From: a virus
Virus record (IMG/VR): IMGVR_UViG_3300009365_003824
Span: 32,001-96,000 of that record
Strand: one strand, 5' to 3'
Length of the DNA stretch: 64,000 bases
Shown: positions 10,487 through 20,565 of the stretch, in pieces
How positions within the stretch are numbered: position 1 is the stretch's first letter
Layout of the letters: each line of letters opens with the position of its first letter
The notes under the pieces: model-generated
What the model was told of the DNA's origin: nothing
What the model saw: the letters and a program-made list of their open reading frames with translations, nothing else
Database searches by the model: none
Program-made: the position numbers and the translations under genes

Positions 10487-10534
10487 TTAATTATGAATTA
10501 CAAGACTAAATAATAGTAAATTCAAGGATGTGAA

Positions 10535-11458
10535 ATGGCACAAAAAAGCAACCCTAATCCAAAGAAACCAGTCGTTGAAAAAGAAATCAGCGAGAAGGAA
10601 ATCATCTTAGATGCCGTCCTACACAGTGCTTCCGAAGGTATTGTAATTGCCGATCAAGATGGCAAATTTATTTTATGGAATGATGCTGCTAGAGAAATCG
10701 TTGGAATGGGTTCCCAAGATGTAGATCCAGATAAATACCCAGCAATATATGGCACTTACAAAGATGAAGAATGCACCAATCTATTCAAAGCGGAAGAGTT
10801 GCCATTATTTCGGGCTATTCGAGGCGATGTATTCACCAATGTTGAAATGTTTCTAAAAAACGACCATGTTGACTTTCGTTGCATTCTGTTGAGTGGTCGC
10901 CCATATTTTGGCAAAAATGGAAAAAGAGGCGGCGTTTTAATGTTCAGAGACGTTACAGATGTATGTAAGGCTAAACAAATTGAACAATATTACAAGAAGT
11001 TTTACCATTCTGTTCCTATATCGTTTTTTACTACTTCAATAAAAGACGGAACATTTATCCGAGCCAATCCTTACTGTGTTCGTATGTTGGGATTTGAAAC
11101 ATTTGAAGAGATGGCCAGGAGGATAAAGTCCACAGATTTATATGTCGATCTTGATGATCGCAAAGTGCTGATTGAAGAGCTTCTAAATAACCATAAAGTG
11201 ACGGCTCATCCAGTGCATATTAAGTTGTTAAATGGAGAAGAAAGGTGGGTCGAAGTAACAGCCAGCCTTTGCAGGTGTGGTAAATTCCCTATGTGTGATA
11301 AAGGATGCGGTGCGTGTTTTGAGGGTTTGTTGTTTGATATTACCAAAAAGAAAAAAATGGAAGATGAGTTGTCGCAATTAAGAGAAGCTCGTGTGCGAGC
11401 TATGAAAGATATTAATTTAGCCATTGAAGAAAAATTAAAAACTTACCAAGGCAAATAA
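10535..11458 (+). CDS. tandem PAS-domain protein without output domain
   Basis: EGIVIAD.DGKFILWNDAAREIVG..GGVLMFRDVT; second PAS DGTFIRANP...MLGF..GEERWV..DITKKK. Confidence 0.85.
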   Translation: MAQKSNPNPKKPVVEKEISEKEIILDAVLHSASEGIVIADQDGKFILWNDAAREIVGMGSQDVDPDKYPAIYGTYKDEECTNLFKAEELPLFRAIRGDVFTNVEMFLKNDHVDFRCILLSGRPYFGKNGKRGGVLMFRDVTDVCKAKQIEQYYKKFYHSVPISFFTTSIKDGTFIRANPYCVRMLGFETFEEMARRIKSTDLYVDLDDRKVLIEELLNNHKVTAHPVHIKLLNGEERWVEVTASLCRCGKFPMCDKGCGACFEGLLFDITKKKKMEDELSQLREARVRAMKDINLAIEEKLKTYQGK

Positions 11459-12298
11459 ATGCTACACATTTTCCCAAATAATGCCAGGTTAAAGAATGGC
11501 AAAATAGCAGTGGTGTTTCATGGAATAGTGGGGGGATTAACAGACAGAAATGGTTTGGGAGAACTTATAGATGTCGAAATTTGTGCCAAAACATTCAAAC
11601 ATAATGTGCTATCGCATTACGATTGTGATATTTTTGCTCATTCTTGGACGATAGAAGCCAAAGATAAAATAAATGAAATTTACCGACCCACAGCTTCCCT
11701 TTTTCAGCCTCAAGAGTTCTTTGGTTTGAACAAAAACAACAACGACAAAGGGGTGGGAACTCTTCGATTTAGAACCATTAGCAGGTATGAAAGTTTACGT
11801 CGGGCCATGAAGTTAAAACAGGACCACGAGAAAAAACACAACTTTAAATATCAACTGGTTTTAATGGTAAGATACGATCTTGTGTTTTTTAAAAGGGTTT
11901 ATTTAGAAAGATTTCTTCCTAGTAGGTTTTACATCTGTGGAGAACCGTATTGGTATGATAATCCTGGTTATACACCTCGGAAAATTAACCCAAATAGACG
12001 AAACATCTGTCTCCACGATATTATTTTTGTATCTGGGTCAAAAAATGCAGATCGATTTGTCACAATGGTAGATGATATAGATTCAAAATATACACCAAAC
12101 CCCCACAGAATGCTATTTTATAAATTGCACGATATGTTTCCCAATTACCCAGATGCAGTTCATATAGGCTTTGATAGGTATATAGACATGGAAATTTATC
12201 GCATGGTTATGAATCCATCACAGAGCAAGCATGGATTTAAATTTGGCGGGAATGAAACCAAACAGAGATTGGAAGAACTGCTAAAGGAAATTAAATAA
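11459..12298 (+). CDS. glycosyltransferase-like protein
   Basis: KIAVVFHG..DIFAHSW..Y.LVLMVRYDL motif family common in phage glycan clusters. Confidence 0.6.
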   Translation: MLHIFPNNARLKNGKIAVVFHGIVGGLTDRNGLGELIDVEICAKTFKHNVLSHYDCDIFAHSWTIEAKDKINEIYRPTASLFQPQEFFGLNKNNNDKGVGTLRFRTISRYESLRRAMKLKQDHEKKHNFKYQLVLMVRYDLVFFKRVYLERFLPSRFYICGEPYWYDNPGYTPRKINPNRRNICLHDIIFVSGSKNADRFVTMVDDIDSKYTPNPHRMLFYKLHDMFPNYPDAVHIGFDRYIDMEIYRMVMNPSQSKHGFKFGGNETKQRLEELLKEIK

Positions 12299-13056
12299 TG
12301 AGGATAGAAATTGATTTTTTGGCATCCTTAGCACGATTTACCGAAGCTAAGACCATAGTTGAAGTGGGCGTCATGCATGGAGATGTGGCCGTTCATCTTT
12401 GCAAGGCCGCAAACCAAAATAATGGAAAATATTGCGGATTTGATGTCTGGCACAGGCATGGGTTAAAGTCACAATTCAAACAACTGGGTAGCAAAGAAGC
12501 TGTTAATAAAAGGTTGCTTCAAACAGGGTGTAAAGGCTTCACTTTAACAAAAATAGATACATTGAAAAATAGGAATGTATTTATCGATCACTTGAAACAA
12601 CAGTGTCCAAATGGAATTGATTTTGCATTCATAGATGCTTGTCATTCGTATTATGGTATAGCAAATGATTTTTTCGCAGTATATCCATTGTTGACACCCG
12701 CAGGTGTAGTTGCCTTTCACGATACTGCCAAAATAGATGGTTGTAGGGAGTTTGTCTTAGATTTAAGAACTAAATACAACGACGGAACCTTTGATGTTTC
12801 AGACTACCCATTTGGTTTGGGTAATCGTAGGTGTGGAGTCTCTATCCTGACTAAAAGATCGTATCCTGTATTAGATTTGGGCATTGATGAAGTCTGTGGT
12901 AGTGTCTCGTCCGCTGAAGAAATAGAGGCCAGAGAAATATCTTGGCATCAGCAAGAAATTAAAGATAAGCCCATTATGCCGACTAAATATGATGGTCAAA
13001 TGTTGCTTGATAAAATAGGCACATATAAACGAAGAAAATTAGGGGCGACAAAATGA
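12298..13056 (+). CDS. class I SAM methyltransferase (Methyltransf_24-like)
   Basis: IVEVGVMHG, DFAFIDACHSY, GVVAFHD. Confidence 0.85.
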   Translation: MRIEIDFLASLARFTEAKTIVEVGVMHGDVAVHLCKAANQNNGKYCGFDVWHRHGLKSQFKQLGSKEAVNKRLLQTGCKGFTLTKIDTLKNRNVFIDHLKQQCPNGIDFAFIDACHSYYGIANDFFAVYPLLTPAGVVAFHDTAKIDGCREFVLDLRTKYNDGTFDVSDYPFGLGNRRCGVSILTKRSYPVLDLGIDEVCGSVSSAEEIEAREISWHQQEIKDKPIMPTKYDGQMLLDKIGTYKRRKLGATK

Positions 13057-13397
13057 TAAGTCACACTGATAAACCTTGGGGATACGAAGAGCTTTTAGAG
13101 CACAATGATCACTATGTCCTCAAAAGAATTTTTATGAAAGAGGGCCACTGTTGCAGTTTGCAGTATCACAAGGAAAAACATGAAACGATATATATTGTAT
13201 CAGGAGAAATGAAGTTTGTTCATGGAGATGCTGAGGATGCATTGCAAACTGATGTTTTAGTCGAAGGTCAATTTCGTGCGGTGCCACCCAACAAAATACA
13301 CAGGATGTGCGGAAAAACGGATTGTCTTTATTTGGAGGCATCCACCCCGCAATTAGAAGATTTAGTTAGGGTAGAGGATTTTTACAATAGAAAATGA
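13053..13397 (+). CDS. cupin (mannose-6-phosphate isomerase C-terminal-like)
   Basis: KPWGYE..SLQYH.EKHET..HRM..EASTP. Confidence 0.85.
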   Translation: MISHTDKPWGYEELLEHNDHYVLKRIFMKEGHCCSLQYHKEKHETIYIVSGEMKFVHGDAEDALQTDVLVEGQFRAVPPNKIHRMCGKTDCLYLEASTPQLEDLVRVEDFYNRK

Positions 13398-14941
13398 AGG
13401 TATTAATTACTACAAGCGGCCTGGGCACTAGACTAGGCGACCTCACCAAATATACCAACAAGGCTTTAATTAAACTGGGCGATAAAGCTGTAATATCTCA
13501 CATAATTGACACATATCCTTATGCTGATTTTGTGATAACTTTGGGGTATTTGGGCGATTATGTAAAACAATATTTAGAAATAGCACATCCAGACAGGAAT
13601 TTTGAGTTTGTTTATGTCGATCCATATAGCGGCCCCGGAAGCGGTCTTATCAAGTCTCTGTCTTTTGCTAGAAATCTGCTTCAAACACCATTCATATTCC
13701 ACGCTTGCGACACCATAGTTAATTACAAGCCCAACCTCACTTCAAATTGGATGGCTTGCGTTGAATCAGAACAATCAGATGCTTTTAGAACCGTTCGCAC
13801 AACAAATAACAAGATTACCAGAATAAATGAAAAGGGTGAAATTGATTACGACTTTGCTTACATAGGTGTTGCTGGAATAATAGATTACCGCCTATTCTGG
13901 GAGATTGTGGATTCTCTGTTGACTGGCTACATTGAGGATTCTAGTGATTGTCATATTTTGATGGAAATGTTAAATACCGTTTCCATTAATTTAGTAAAAA
14001 TTGATGATTGGGATGATACGGGTGGTGTCGAAAGATTAAATAAAGCCAAACAAAAACACCCCAATAAATACAATGTGTTGGACAAACCCGAAGAGGCCAT
14101 ATATTTCGTAAACAATACAGTAATTAAGTTTTTCCGAAATTCCACTATTTGCAAAAACAGGGTAACGAGAGCATCTGCATTAAGAACACTGGTTCCAGAA
14201 ATAACATCCTCTACAGAAAACTTTTACAAATACCCCTTAGCTAATGGTGTTTTGTTAGCCAGCGACATCACACAAGAAAGGATTTCTAACTTAGTGGAGT
14301 GGGCCAAACAAAACCTTTGGCACCCGGTTTCTGTAGATTCTAAGACTTTCAAAGGCAAGTGTTATGAATTTTACAAAGAAAAAACAAAGGGCAGAATAGC
14401 CAAATTTATAAAAAACTCTAACATGCCAGATAGAGAGTGTGTGATCAATAATCATACAGTGCCTAGCTGTGAATCGCTATTAAGCCAAGTAGATTGGGAG
14501 TTACTATGTGAAACAGAACCAACTTGTTTTCATGGTGATTTCATATTAGACAACATCCTCTTCACACTGGATTCATTTGTTTTATTAGATTGGAGGCAGG
14601 ATTTTGCAGGAGACGTTGTAGCGGGAGATAAATATTATGATTTGTCTAAATTAAACCATAATTTAACGCTTAATCACGATATTTTGACACAGGGGTTGTT
14701 TACAATTGATATAACTGATAAAGCAATCAAATGCGATGTGCTTAGAAGCCACAACATGGTGCAATGCCAACAGTTTTATCTTGATGCACTGGCAGCAAAT
14801 GGTTTTAACCTCAACAAGATTGAGGTTCTTACGCCTCTAATTTGGTTGAACATGTCACCACTACACACCTATCCATTGAATAATTTCCTGTTTTATTTCG
14901 GCAGATATAATTTGTGGAGAGCATTATGCGGGAACAAATAG
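13394..14941 (+). CDS. NTP-transferase fused to a kinase/phosphotransferase domain
   Basis: SGLGTRL..LT....K N-terminus; HGDFILDNIL..LDWRQ..YYDLSKL C-terminus. Confidence 0.8.
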   Translation: MKVLITTSGLGTRLGDLTKYTNKALIKLGDKAVISHIIDTYPYADFVITLGYLGDYVKQYLEIAHPDRNFEFVYVDPYSGPGSGLIKSLSFARNLLQTPFIFHACDTIVNYKPNLTSNWMACVESEQSDAFRTVRTTNNKITRINEKGEIDYDFAYIGVAGIIDYRLFWEIVDSLLTGYIEDSSDCHILMEMLNTVSINLVKIDDWDDTGGVERLNKAKQKHPNKYNVLDKPEEAIYFVNNTVIKFFRNSTICKNRVTRASALRTLVPEITSSTENFYKYPLANGVLLASDITQERISNLVEWAKQNLWHPVSVDSKTFKGKCYEFYKEKTKGRIAKFIKNSNMPDRECVINNHTVPSCESLLSQVDWELLCETEPTCFHGDFILDNILFTLDSFVLLDWRQDFAGDVVAGDKYYDLSKLNHNLTLNHDILTQGLFTIDITDKAIKCDVLRSHNMVQCQQFYLDALAANGFNLNKIEVLTPLIWLNMSPLHTYPLNNFLFYFGRYNLWRALCGNK

Positions 14942-15914
14942 AAAAAACCAAATTGTTTTTAGGCCCAATGACAAAAAACATTGTTGATGGAGTTGTGGTT
15001 TGTAAAAACGTGGGCCTCATACCTTCAAGAAGACAGGTAGATCATACAGGTGGTTATGTAAACAACTGGACTACAGAAACTTTTAGTTCTTATGTTAGAA
15101 TTACGAATAAATCTACATTGATATGCAGGGATCACGGTGGAATAGGACAAGGTTCCGCAGGGATCACGGTGGAATAGGACAAGGTTCCGTTCCAGATTCG
15201 GGTGTAGATTCATTGTTATGTGATGCCAAAATGTTGGATATAATCCATATTGACCCGTGGAAATCACTAGGTTTTGAAGATAGCATTCAATATACCGTGG
15301 ATTTGATGGAAAGATGCAGCAACATAAATAATAGATGTCTGTTTGAAATAGGCACAGAGGAGGCCATCTTCCCAATGACAACTGAGATGCTTGAAGAACT
15401 TATCCGAAAAGTAAAAGAGTTGTCTTCTCATTATCCAAAAATAATTTATGCTGTTATTCAGTCGGGAACATCGCTGAAAAGTGGAATCAATACTGGCAAT
15501 TACGACAGGAATAGATTGATTAAAATGATCAAAATATGTTCTGATAATGGCCTGTTGTCCAAGGAGCATAATGGAGATTATTTAGAACCTAAGCAGATGA
15601 AAGAAAAATTTGAATTAGGATTGTCAGCCATTAACATAGCGCCTGAAGTTGCACACATAGAAACCGAGCTTATTCTCGATAGACTTTCTCCTAAAAAGAA
15701 ACAGATGTGGTTCGCCCTGTGTTTAGAACAAGGCAGTTGGAAAAAATGGTTTCCTGAAAATTACGATCCTGATGCCAATAAATATGAAGTGATAAGACTT
15801 TGCGGGCACTATGTTTTGAGTCGCCCCGAATTTAAAAAAATTTACGATATATCACAAGTTTCTGAAGATGTGATAAAAGATGTGAAAAACTTCATTAAAA
15901 AGAGGGTTCCATGA
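14926..15914 (+). pseudogene. GatZ/KbaZ-like (tagatose-phosphate epimerase/aldolase-like) gene frameshifted by a 32-bp tandem duplication
   Basis: GPMTKN..LIPSRRQVD..GYV..ICRDHGG in ORF 14914..15177 continues as RDHGG..IHIDPWK..EIGTEE..KEHNGDY..AINIAPE in ORF 15123..15914; removing one repeat copy restores a single frame. Confidence 0.8.
15125..15188 (+). repeat. perfect 32-bp tandem duplication GCAGGGATCACGGTGGAATAGGACAAGGTTCC x2
   Basis: read directly: 15125-15156 and 15157-15188. Confidence 0.95.
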
Positions 15915-16270
15915 TAGAAAGACCCAAGACTTTATTCGTTGACATTGACGGAACCTTGTTATTCCACCACGGTTGCGGCAATCTTCAAGCTAATACGCAA
16001 CCAGTGCTCTTAGCAGGAGTGCATAAAAAATTTGATGAGTGGGATAGAAAAGGCTATAGGATATTTTTAGTAACTGGACGTAGAGAAAGCGAACGCAAAA
16101 AGACAGAAGAACAACTGCAATCTGTAGGTATTGTGTATGATGGTCTAATTATGGGCATTGGTGGTGGAGTTAGAGTGTTAATTAATGATTTAAAAGAAGA
16201 ATCAAAAGACCCTACTGCGTTGGCAATTTGCATTGAACGCAACGAAGGCATAGAGAATATAAATGTTTAA
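15911..16270 (+). CDS. HAD-family phosphatase (capsule-biosynthesis type)
   Basis: FVDIDGTL, VTGR, INDL. Confidence 0.85.
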   Translation: MIERPKTLFVDIDGTLLFHHGCGNLQANTQPVLLAGVHKKFDEWDRKGYRIFLVTGRRESERKKTEEQLQSVGIVYDGLIMGIGGGVRVLINDLKEESKDPTALAICIERNEGIENINV

Positions 16271-16851
16271 TTATGGACAAATAGAACCCTGTTAATTTTT
16301 CCCACTCTAACATTTTCTTCTAAGACTTTATTAGCAAGCAACCAATCAGCGGCCACATCACCTGGGTCCAAACCACCAGCCCTTAAAACCAACTCTCTGC
16401 GTATAGCAAAAGCCCCCATGTCTATTCGTCCTATGGCCAATTCAGTGGTTAATTTTTTATATAGAAAATAACTATGCACCATGTCCCAATAGATAAAATC
16501 TAATTCGTGTTTAATCTTGTTGACTTCTGCTACGAAAGTAGGGCAATAATAATTGTCATGGCCTGAAAACACAATGAAGTCACCAGAGGCTTTTTCTAGT
16601 CCAAAATTTCTAGCATGATGTCCCCATTGTCCTTTGTAGGGTATGTGAAAATATTTAATTTTCTCCCGGTTGTCAGCCACATACCCATAAATTATATCAT
16701 CTGCTCTTTTGTCTGGCCCATCACATACCAAAATCAACTCCCAGTTTGGATCATTTTGGCATAACATGCAATTCACAATTATGTGAATACAGTTAATCCT
16801 TTTGTACACGGGGACGATTAAAGAAATCGGCATTGCCTCTACCTGTTCCAT
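16267..16851 (-). CDS. glycosyltransferase family 2
   Basis: ISLIVPVY, WELILVCDG, ARNFGL..ASGDFIVF..HDN. Confidence 0.85.
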   Translation of the reverse strand: MEQVEAMPISLIVPVYKRINCIHIIVNCMLCQNDPNWELILVCDGPDKRADDIIYGYVADNREKIKYFHIPYKGQWGHHARNFGLEKASGDFIVFSGHDNYYCPTFVAEVNKIKHELDFIYWDMVHSYFLYKKLTTELAIGRIDMGAFAIRRELVLRAGGLDPGDVAADWLLANKVLEENVRVGKINRVLFVHN

Positions 16852-17839
16852 TCTTTCTTAATTGTTTACTTTTGTCGCTGATTTTACTAACTGATCTAGA
16901 TACTAACTTAGCGTCACTGCCAAAATACCTTTTGTAAAACGCATGAACGTGTGGGAGCTTTTCTTCCATTTTTTGCTCAATCTGAGTCAGATGGTATGCA
17001 CCCAAACGAAGTCGTTCCATTCTAGCGTGTCGGTTAGGAGACTGTGTGAACACCCCGTAATGATATACACATTCTTCTTTGGTAACTTGACTTAATTTAA
17101 CAATTTTTTTATCTTGCTCTTCTAGTCTGCGTTTTAAGAAAGACCCTATTTCATAAGTAACAATATCAATCTGCCTAGCTTCTTCTCCTGCTACATGTTG
17201 GTCGCCACCGTTATATTCTAAATCTGCAAAACCCTCAACAAATGGACCTTCCATCCAGTAACCAGACCATCTATGTGATTCTTCTTTTTTTACTATCGTA
17301 AATTCGGTGCCCAATTTAGGAAATGTCAAATAGGTTTTATCTTTTATCTTAGACACCCTTAGCCTGTTTGTGTCTTCAAATCTAGGATCTTCATAAAAGA
17401 CCGCACCAACTGATGGCATATTAATTTCTTCTTTTACAGCACACCAGCTTGGATCTAGAATTAATACATCATCATGCATAACCAAATAGTCTTTTGTAAA
17501 AACCCAAGGATATGCTGAATCTAAGGCTTGACCTTGACCAATACGAGACCATGTTCTTTGAACGGTAATGGGAATATATTCTCTAATTTTTTCTAAGAAA
17601 ATCTGCTTCCTATCTTGGTTTACAAGATTTCCAGTCCTTTTATCAGGACCATTGATAGACACGATGATGTGTTTTAGATAATCTGTTGAATTTAAGAATA
17701 GACTCACAATGCTAAGAGCCAGCATTTGAGGCGGGCAATTATAAGTAGGAACAATGGCTGTAATGCCATCATTGGCATCTTCACTTATTGCCTTTTGCTC
17801 ATCAAAAAAGTGCAGTTTTTTACCATTTTGCTTTAGCAT
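16793..17839 (-). CDS. glycosyltransferase family 2 (paralogue of 1313..2359)
   Basis: AIVPTYN, INGPDKRTG, WSRIG, MHDDV. Confidence 0.7.
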   Translation of the reverse strand: MLKQNGKKLHFFDEQKAISEDANDGITAIVPTYNCPPQMLALSIVSLFLNSTDYLKHIIVSINGPDKRTGNLVNQDRKQIFLEKIREYIPITVQRTWSRIGQGQALDSAYPWVFTKDYLVMHDDVLILDPSWCAVKEEINMPSVGAVFYEDPRFEDTNRLRVSKIKDKTYLTFPKLGTEFTIVKKEESHRWSGYWMEGPFVEGFADLEYNGGDQHVAGEEARQIDIVTYEIGSFLKRRLEEQDKKIVKLSQVTKEECVYHYGVFTQSPNRHARMERLRLGAYHLTQIEQKMEEKLPHVHAFYKRYFGSDAKLVSRSVSKISDKSKQLRKNGTGRGNADFFNRPRVQKD

Positions 17840-17852
17840 ATCTTAAATAAGA

Positions 17853-17881
17853 AAGTCGCCCCTAAAAATTAGGGGCGACTT
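17853..17881. terminator. hairpin AAGTCGCCCCTAA/TTAGGGGCGACTT
   Basis: perfect 13-bp stem just downstream of the minus-strand RmlA gene. Confidence 0.7.
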
Positions 17882-17890
17882 CACCGTTCC

Positions 17891-18622
17891 TCAACTCTGA
17901 CGCTTCCAGTTAAAGACCTCGCAACATGTTTCCATATACACTTCTAGGCTTTCACCAGCATCTCGCCACCAACCATCAAGGAGATTAGCTTTTAACAAGC
18001 CATCTTTTAAATAAAGATTATTCAAATCAGTTATTTCCAGTTCCCCCCTGGCCGAAGGGCTTAAAGAATTGATATACTCCCAAACCCTACTGTCATACAT
18101 GTAAATCCCGGTGGCAATGAGATTAGACTTGGGGTTTTTGGGCTTCTCTATAATTGATAGAACATTTCCATCGTCATCTGTTTCTACTACACCATACCAT
18201 TCTGGATGTTCTACTTTAGTTAGAAAAATTCTAGCACCATTGGGATTGGTTGTAAATTCTTCTACAGCTTTTGGGAATGGATTTTCAACTAAATTATCTG
18301 CCAAAACAACACACATGGGATCATCTCCCACGAAACTTTCAGCATAAGATAGTGCGTCCGCAATCCCTCTGGGTTCATCTTGATAGGTGTAGTGGAGGCG
18401 TTTTAATCCAAACTCCTCCCCGTTTCCTAATATTCTAAGAAATTCTCCTGCTGCGTTGCCTCCGCAAACCAAGAGAATGTCGGTCACTCCACTTTCGACA
18501 AGTGACCTGATTGGATAATAAATCATTGGTTGATCACAAACAGGCAAAAGACATTTGTTTGTGACTTTTGTAAGCGGTTTAAGGCGTGTACCTAGACCAC
18601 CAGCCAGAATAATACCTTTCAT
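17891..18622 (-). CDS. rmlA: glucose-1-phosphate thymidylyltransferase (RmlA/SpsI-like)
   Basis: KGIILAGGLGTRL.PLT...NK.LLPV, EKP..PKSN, SARGELEITD. Confidence 0.85.
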   Translation of the reverse strand: MKGIILAGGLGTRLKPLTKVTNKCLLPVCDQPMIYYPIRSLVESGVTDILLVCGGNAAGEFLRILGNGEEFGLKRLHYTYQDEPRGIADALSYAESFVGDDPMCVVLADNLVENPFPKAVEEFTTNPNGARIFLTKVEHPEWYGVVETDDDGNVLSIIEKPKNPKSNLIATGIYMYDSRVWEYINSLSPSARGELEITDLNNLYLKDGLLKANLLDGWWRDAGESLEVYMETCCEVFNWKRQS

Positions 18623-18677
18623 TATTTTATCTCCGATTGCCTTTCAAAGCTCGAAGATAATATAGTTAGTAGTACAT

Positions 18678-18722
18678 AAAAAAAACCCACTCTACCCCGA
18701 CAGATGCAAGGGGCAGAGTGGG
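18678..18722 (-). terminator. intrinsic terminator
   Basis: CCCACTCTACCCC/GGGGCAGAGTGGG stem followed by T8 on the minus strand. Confidence 0.65.
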
Positions 18723-18741
18723 CCGACCATGAAAAGGTCTT

Positions 18742-18933
18742 CTATACGGCTACGGCGGCGTCTGTTGATGACCAGCCACGAGATACATCAATGACATATT
18801 CGCCCGATTCTAATTCATCTTGGGCCATTTCTTCCGCATCAGACGAAGAAGGGCAGCTAAACTGCAACTTTCTCCGTTTCGGCCTCTTGGTGTCCAGATT
18901 CTTCCTCTCCACGATCACTTGGTAGTTCGGCAT
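18742..18933 (-). CDS. small hypothetical protein
   Basis: SD AGGA; overlaps the end of the upstream gene. Confidence 0.5.
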   Translation of the reverse strand: MPNYQVIVERKNLDTKRPKRRKLQFSCPSSSDAEEMAQDELESGEYVIDVSRGWSSTDAAVAV

Positions 18934-19204
18934 CTTCCTTTTTTTCCTCCTCTATCACGTTATTTTGAGTTAGGAACTCCAAAATAACGCTTTCCACGAA
19001 CTCTAATTGGGCAACTGCCAATGCCTTGCTGAAGGGCATCTTCTTGCCTAGTTTCTCGCACCGCTCCCAGATTTGTTCACGATCTTCGCAGGCTAACACA
19101 GCAGCATCGGTAGTGTAAGAGTAGTCTCCTACCATGCCTCTACGGATAGCGTGCTCAATACGAACAGTAAGCGGGCGCACGTCGGAAGGTTTTATCTTAT
19201 CCAT
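18857..19204 (-). CDS. hypothetical protein (GC-richer)
   Basis: ORF. Confidence 0.55.
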   Translation of the reverse strand: MDKIKPSDVRPLTVRIEHAIRRGMVGDYSYTTDAAVLACEDREQIWERCEKLGKKMPFSKALAVAQLEFVESVILEFLTQNNVIEEEKKEDAELPSDRGEEESGHQEAETEKVAV

Positions 19205-19288
19205 TTGCGCAGACTCGCTATAAACACATTATTGGACATTACCAACATGTTAGCATAAATAGCGATAAAGTGAAGGAAAGAGCTTGAT

Positions 19289-19729
19289 TTAACCTAGAAA
19301 ATCCACACCATCAACGGGTTCTTCGTTCAACAGTACGTCCTCAGAAGATTCATTGCACTTATCATCACAGCAAGGAGTCTCATTGAGAGGCTTGGTTTCT
19401 GGTTTTACTACTACTTGCTCAACTTTGCCTTCTGTAGTCACAGTATCAGGTTGATCTAAGATTAATTTCTCTTCTTGCATTTTTTGTTGCTCCTCAGTGA
19501 TCAATGCTCTCACCAATCGAATTTCGTTCGTTTTTACCATTTCCATAAAGTAGGAATCACCTTGAAATTCTGCCCCTGGTGCTACTGTCTTGGTGCCATC
19601 GTCCAATGGCTTAGGTAGCATCAAGGTGGCATCATTGTGGTTCCTGTAGACATACACGCCAGTTCCTCTTCTGGCTTGTTCAATCTTTTTATGCCTGTAT
19701 TCTCTGGCTTCATACTTGTTTAGCTTCAT
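19289..19729 (-). CDS. hypothetical protein, possible prohead component
   Basis: strong SD AAGGAG; several (L/I)xE sites (LITEE, LNET, LNEE). Confidence 0.6.
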   Translation of the reverse strand: MKLNKYEAREYRHKKIEQARRGTGVYVYRNHNDATLMLPKPLDDGTKTVAPGAEFQGDSYFMEMVKTNEIRLVRALITEEQQKMQEEKLILDQPDTVTTEGKVEQVVVKPETKPLNETPCCDDKCNESSEDVLLNEEPVDGVDFLG

Positions 19730-19816
19730 GTTTTCTCCTTTTTGGTTTAGATTTTTAAACCAATCGTCTTAGTATATAGTAGTAGCTCGGCTAAATTATT
19801 AAGAAAGGATGTTAGT

Positions 19817-20137
19817 ATGAATAAGCCCCCTAAATGGTCGCAAATCTACCCACAGGGAACTGCGAAAGGAGACGAAGAGCAACACTTCTTTGTTGTTCTA
19901 TCAAGAGGCAAATACGACTTTCTGAGTATTGCCCAAATTGCTCAAGAATCTAAATTGAGCAAGAAGCGAGTGGAAGAAATCATAGAAAAATACTACACCT
20001 TAAATGTGGTGCTACAAAATCCAGAAAACGAAGATCAATGGGGATATTGGGAAAGATGTGAAAGTCTGCTGCCCGAAGAAAAGCCCAGTATCTCCCGAAC
20101 CGATAAAGAATCGAGAATCAAAAAGGCACGATTATAA
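19817..20137 (+). CDS. hypothetical protein, possible HTH
   Basis: SIAQIAQESKLSKKRVEEII HTH-like segment. Confidence 0.55.
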   Translation: MNKPPKWSQIYPQGTAKGDEEQHFFVVLSRGKYDFLSIAQIAQESKLSKKRVEEIIEKYYTLNVVLQNPENEDQWGYWERCESLLPEEKPSISRTDKESRIKKARL

Positions 20138-20142
20138 AGAAA

Positions 20143-20174
20143 AAAAGCAAGCCCGCGCAAGCGGGCTTGCTTTT
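20143..20174. terminator. bidirectional intrinsic terminator
   Basis: AAAAGCAAGCCCGC-GCAA-GCGGGCTTGCTTTT between convergent genes. Confidence 0.85.
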
Positions 20175-20198
20175 CTCATATTATAAAATCAATATTGC

Positions 20199-20420
20199 TT
20201 AGGCGTTCTTGCCGGTTAATTGGCCATCAGCCGTCGCAGATGTTGGGTTGAAATACTTGTGCGGATATTGTGCTCTAACATATGCGTCAGGATAGTTCTT
20301 GCTCGACCCGGCTCTATGGGTGTTTTCACTAGAATCCTCTGTGCTTTCTCCACCAGCTATGGTGTTCAGCAAATCTGTTTTAGCATTATCTTCTTCTACC
20401 CATTGGCGAAACGTTTTCAT
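20199..20420 (-). CDS. small protein with capsid-targeting-like N-terminus
   Basis: MKTFRQWVEE; SD GAGG. Confidence 0.7.
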   Translation of the reverse strand: MKTFRQWVEEDNAKTDLLNTIAGGESTEDSSENTHRAGSSKNYPDAYVRAQYPHKYFNPTSATADGQLTGKNA

Positions 20421-20565
20421 AATTTATCCTCTCTAAATCAACTGGGGATCTCAGTTCATTATATATAGCCCCCAGTTTCATTTTTTATTCGTTATTACCA
20501 ATCCATTTTTGTGCGCTCATAAGGATAAATATATTGGGGAGCACAATCAAAGGAGGATATTTATT

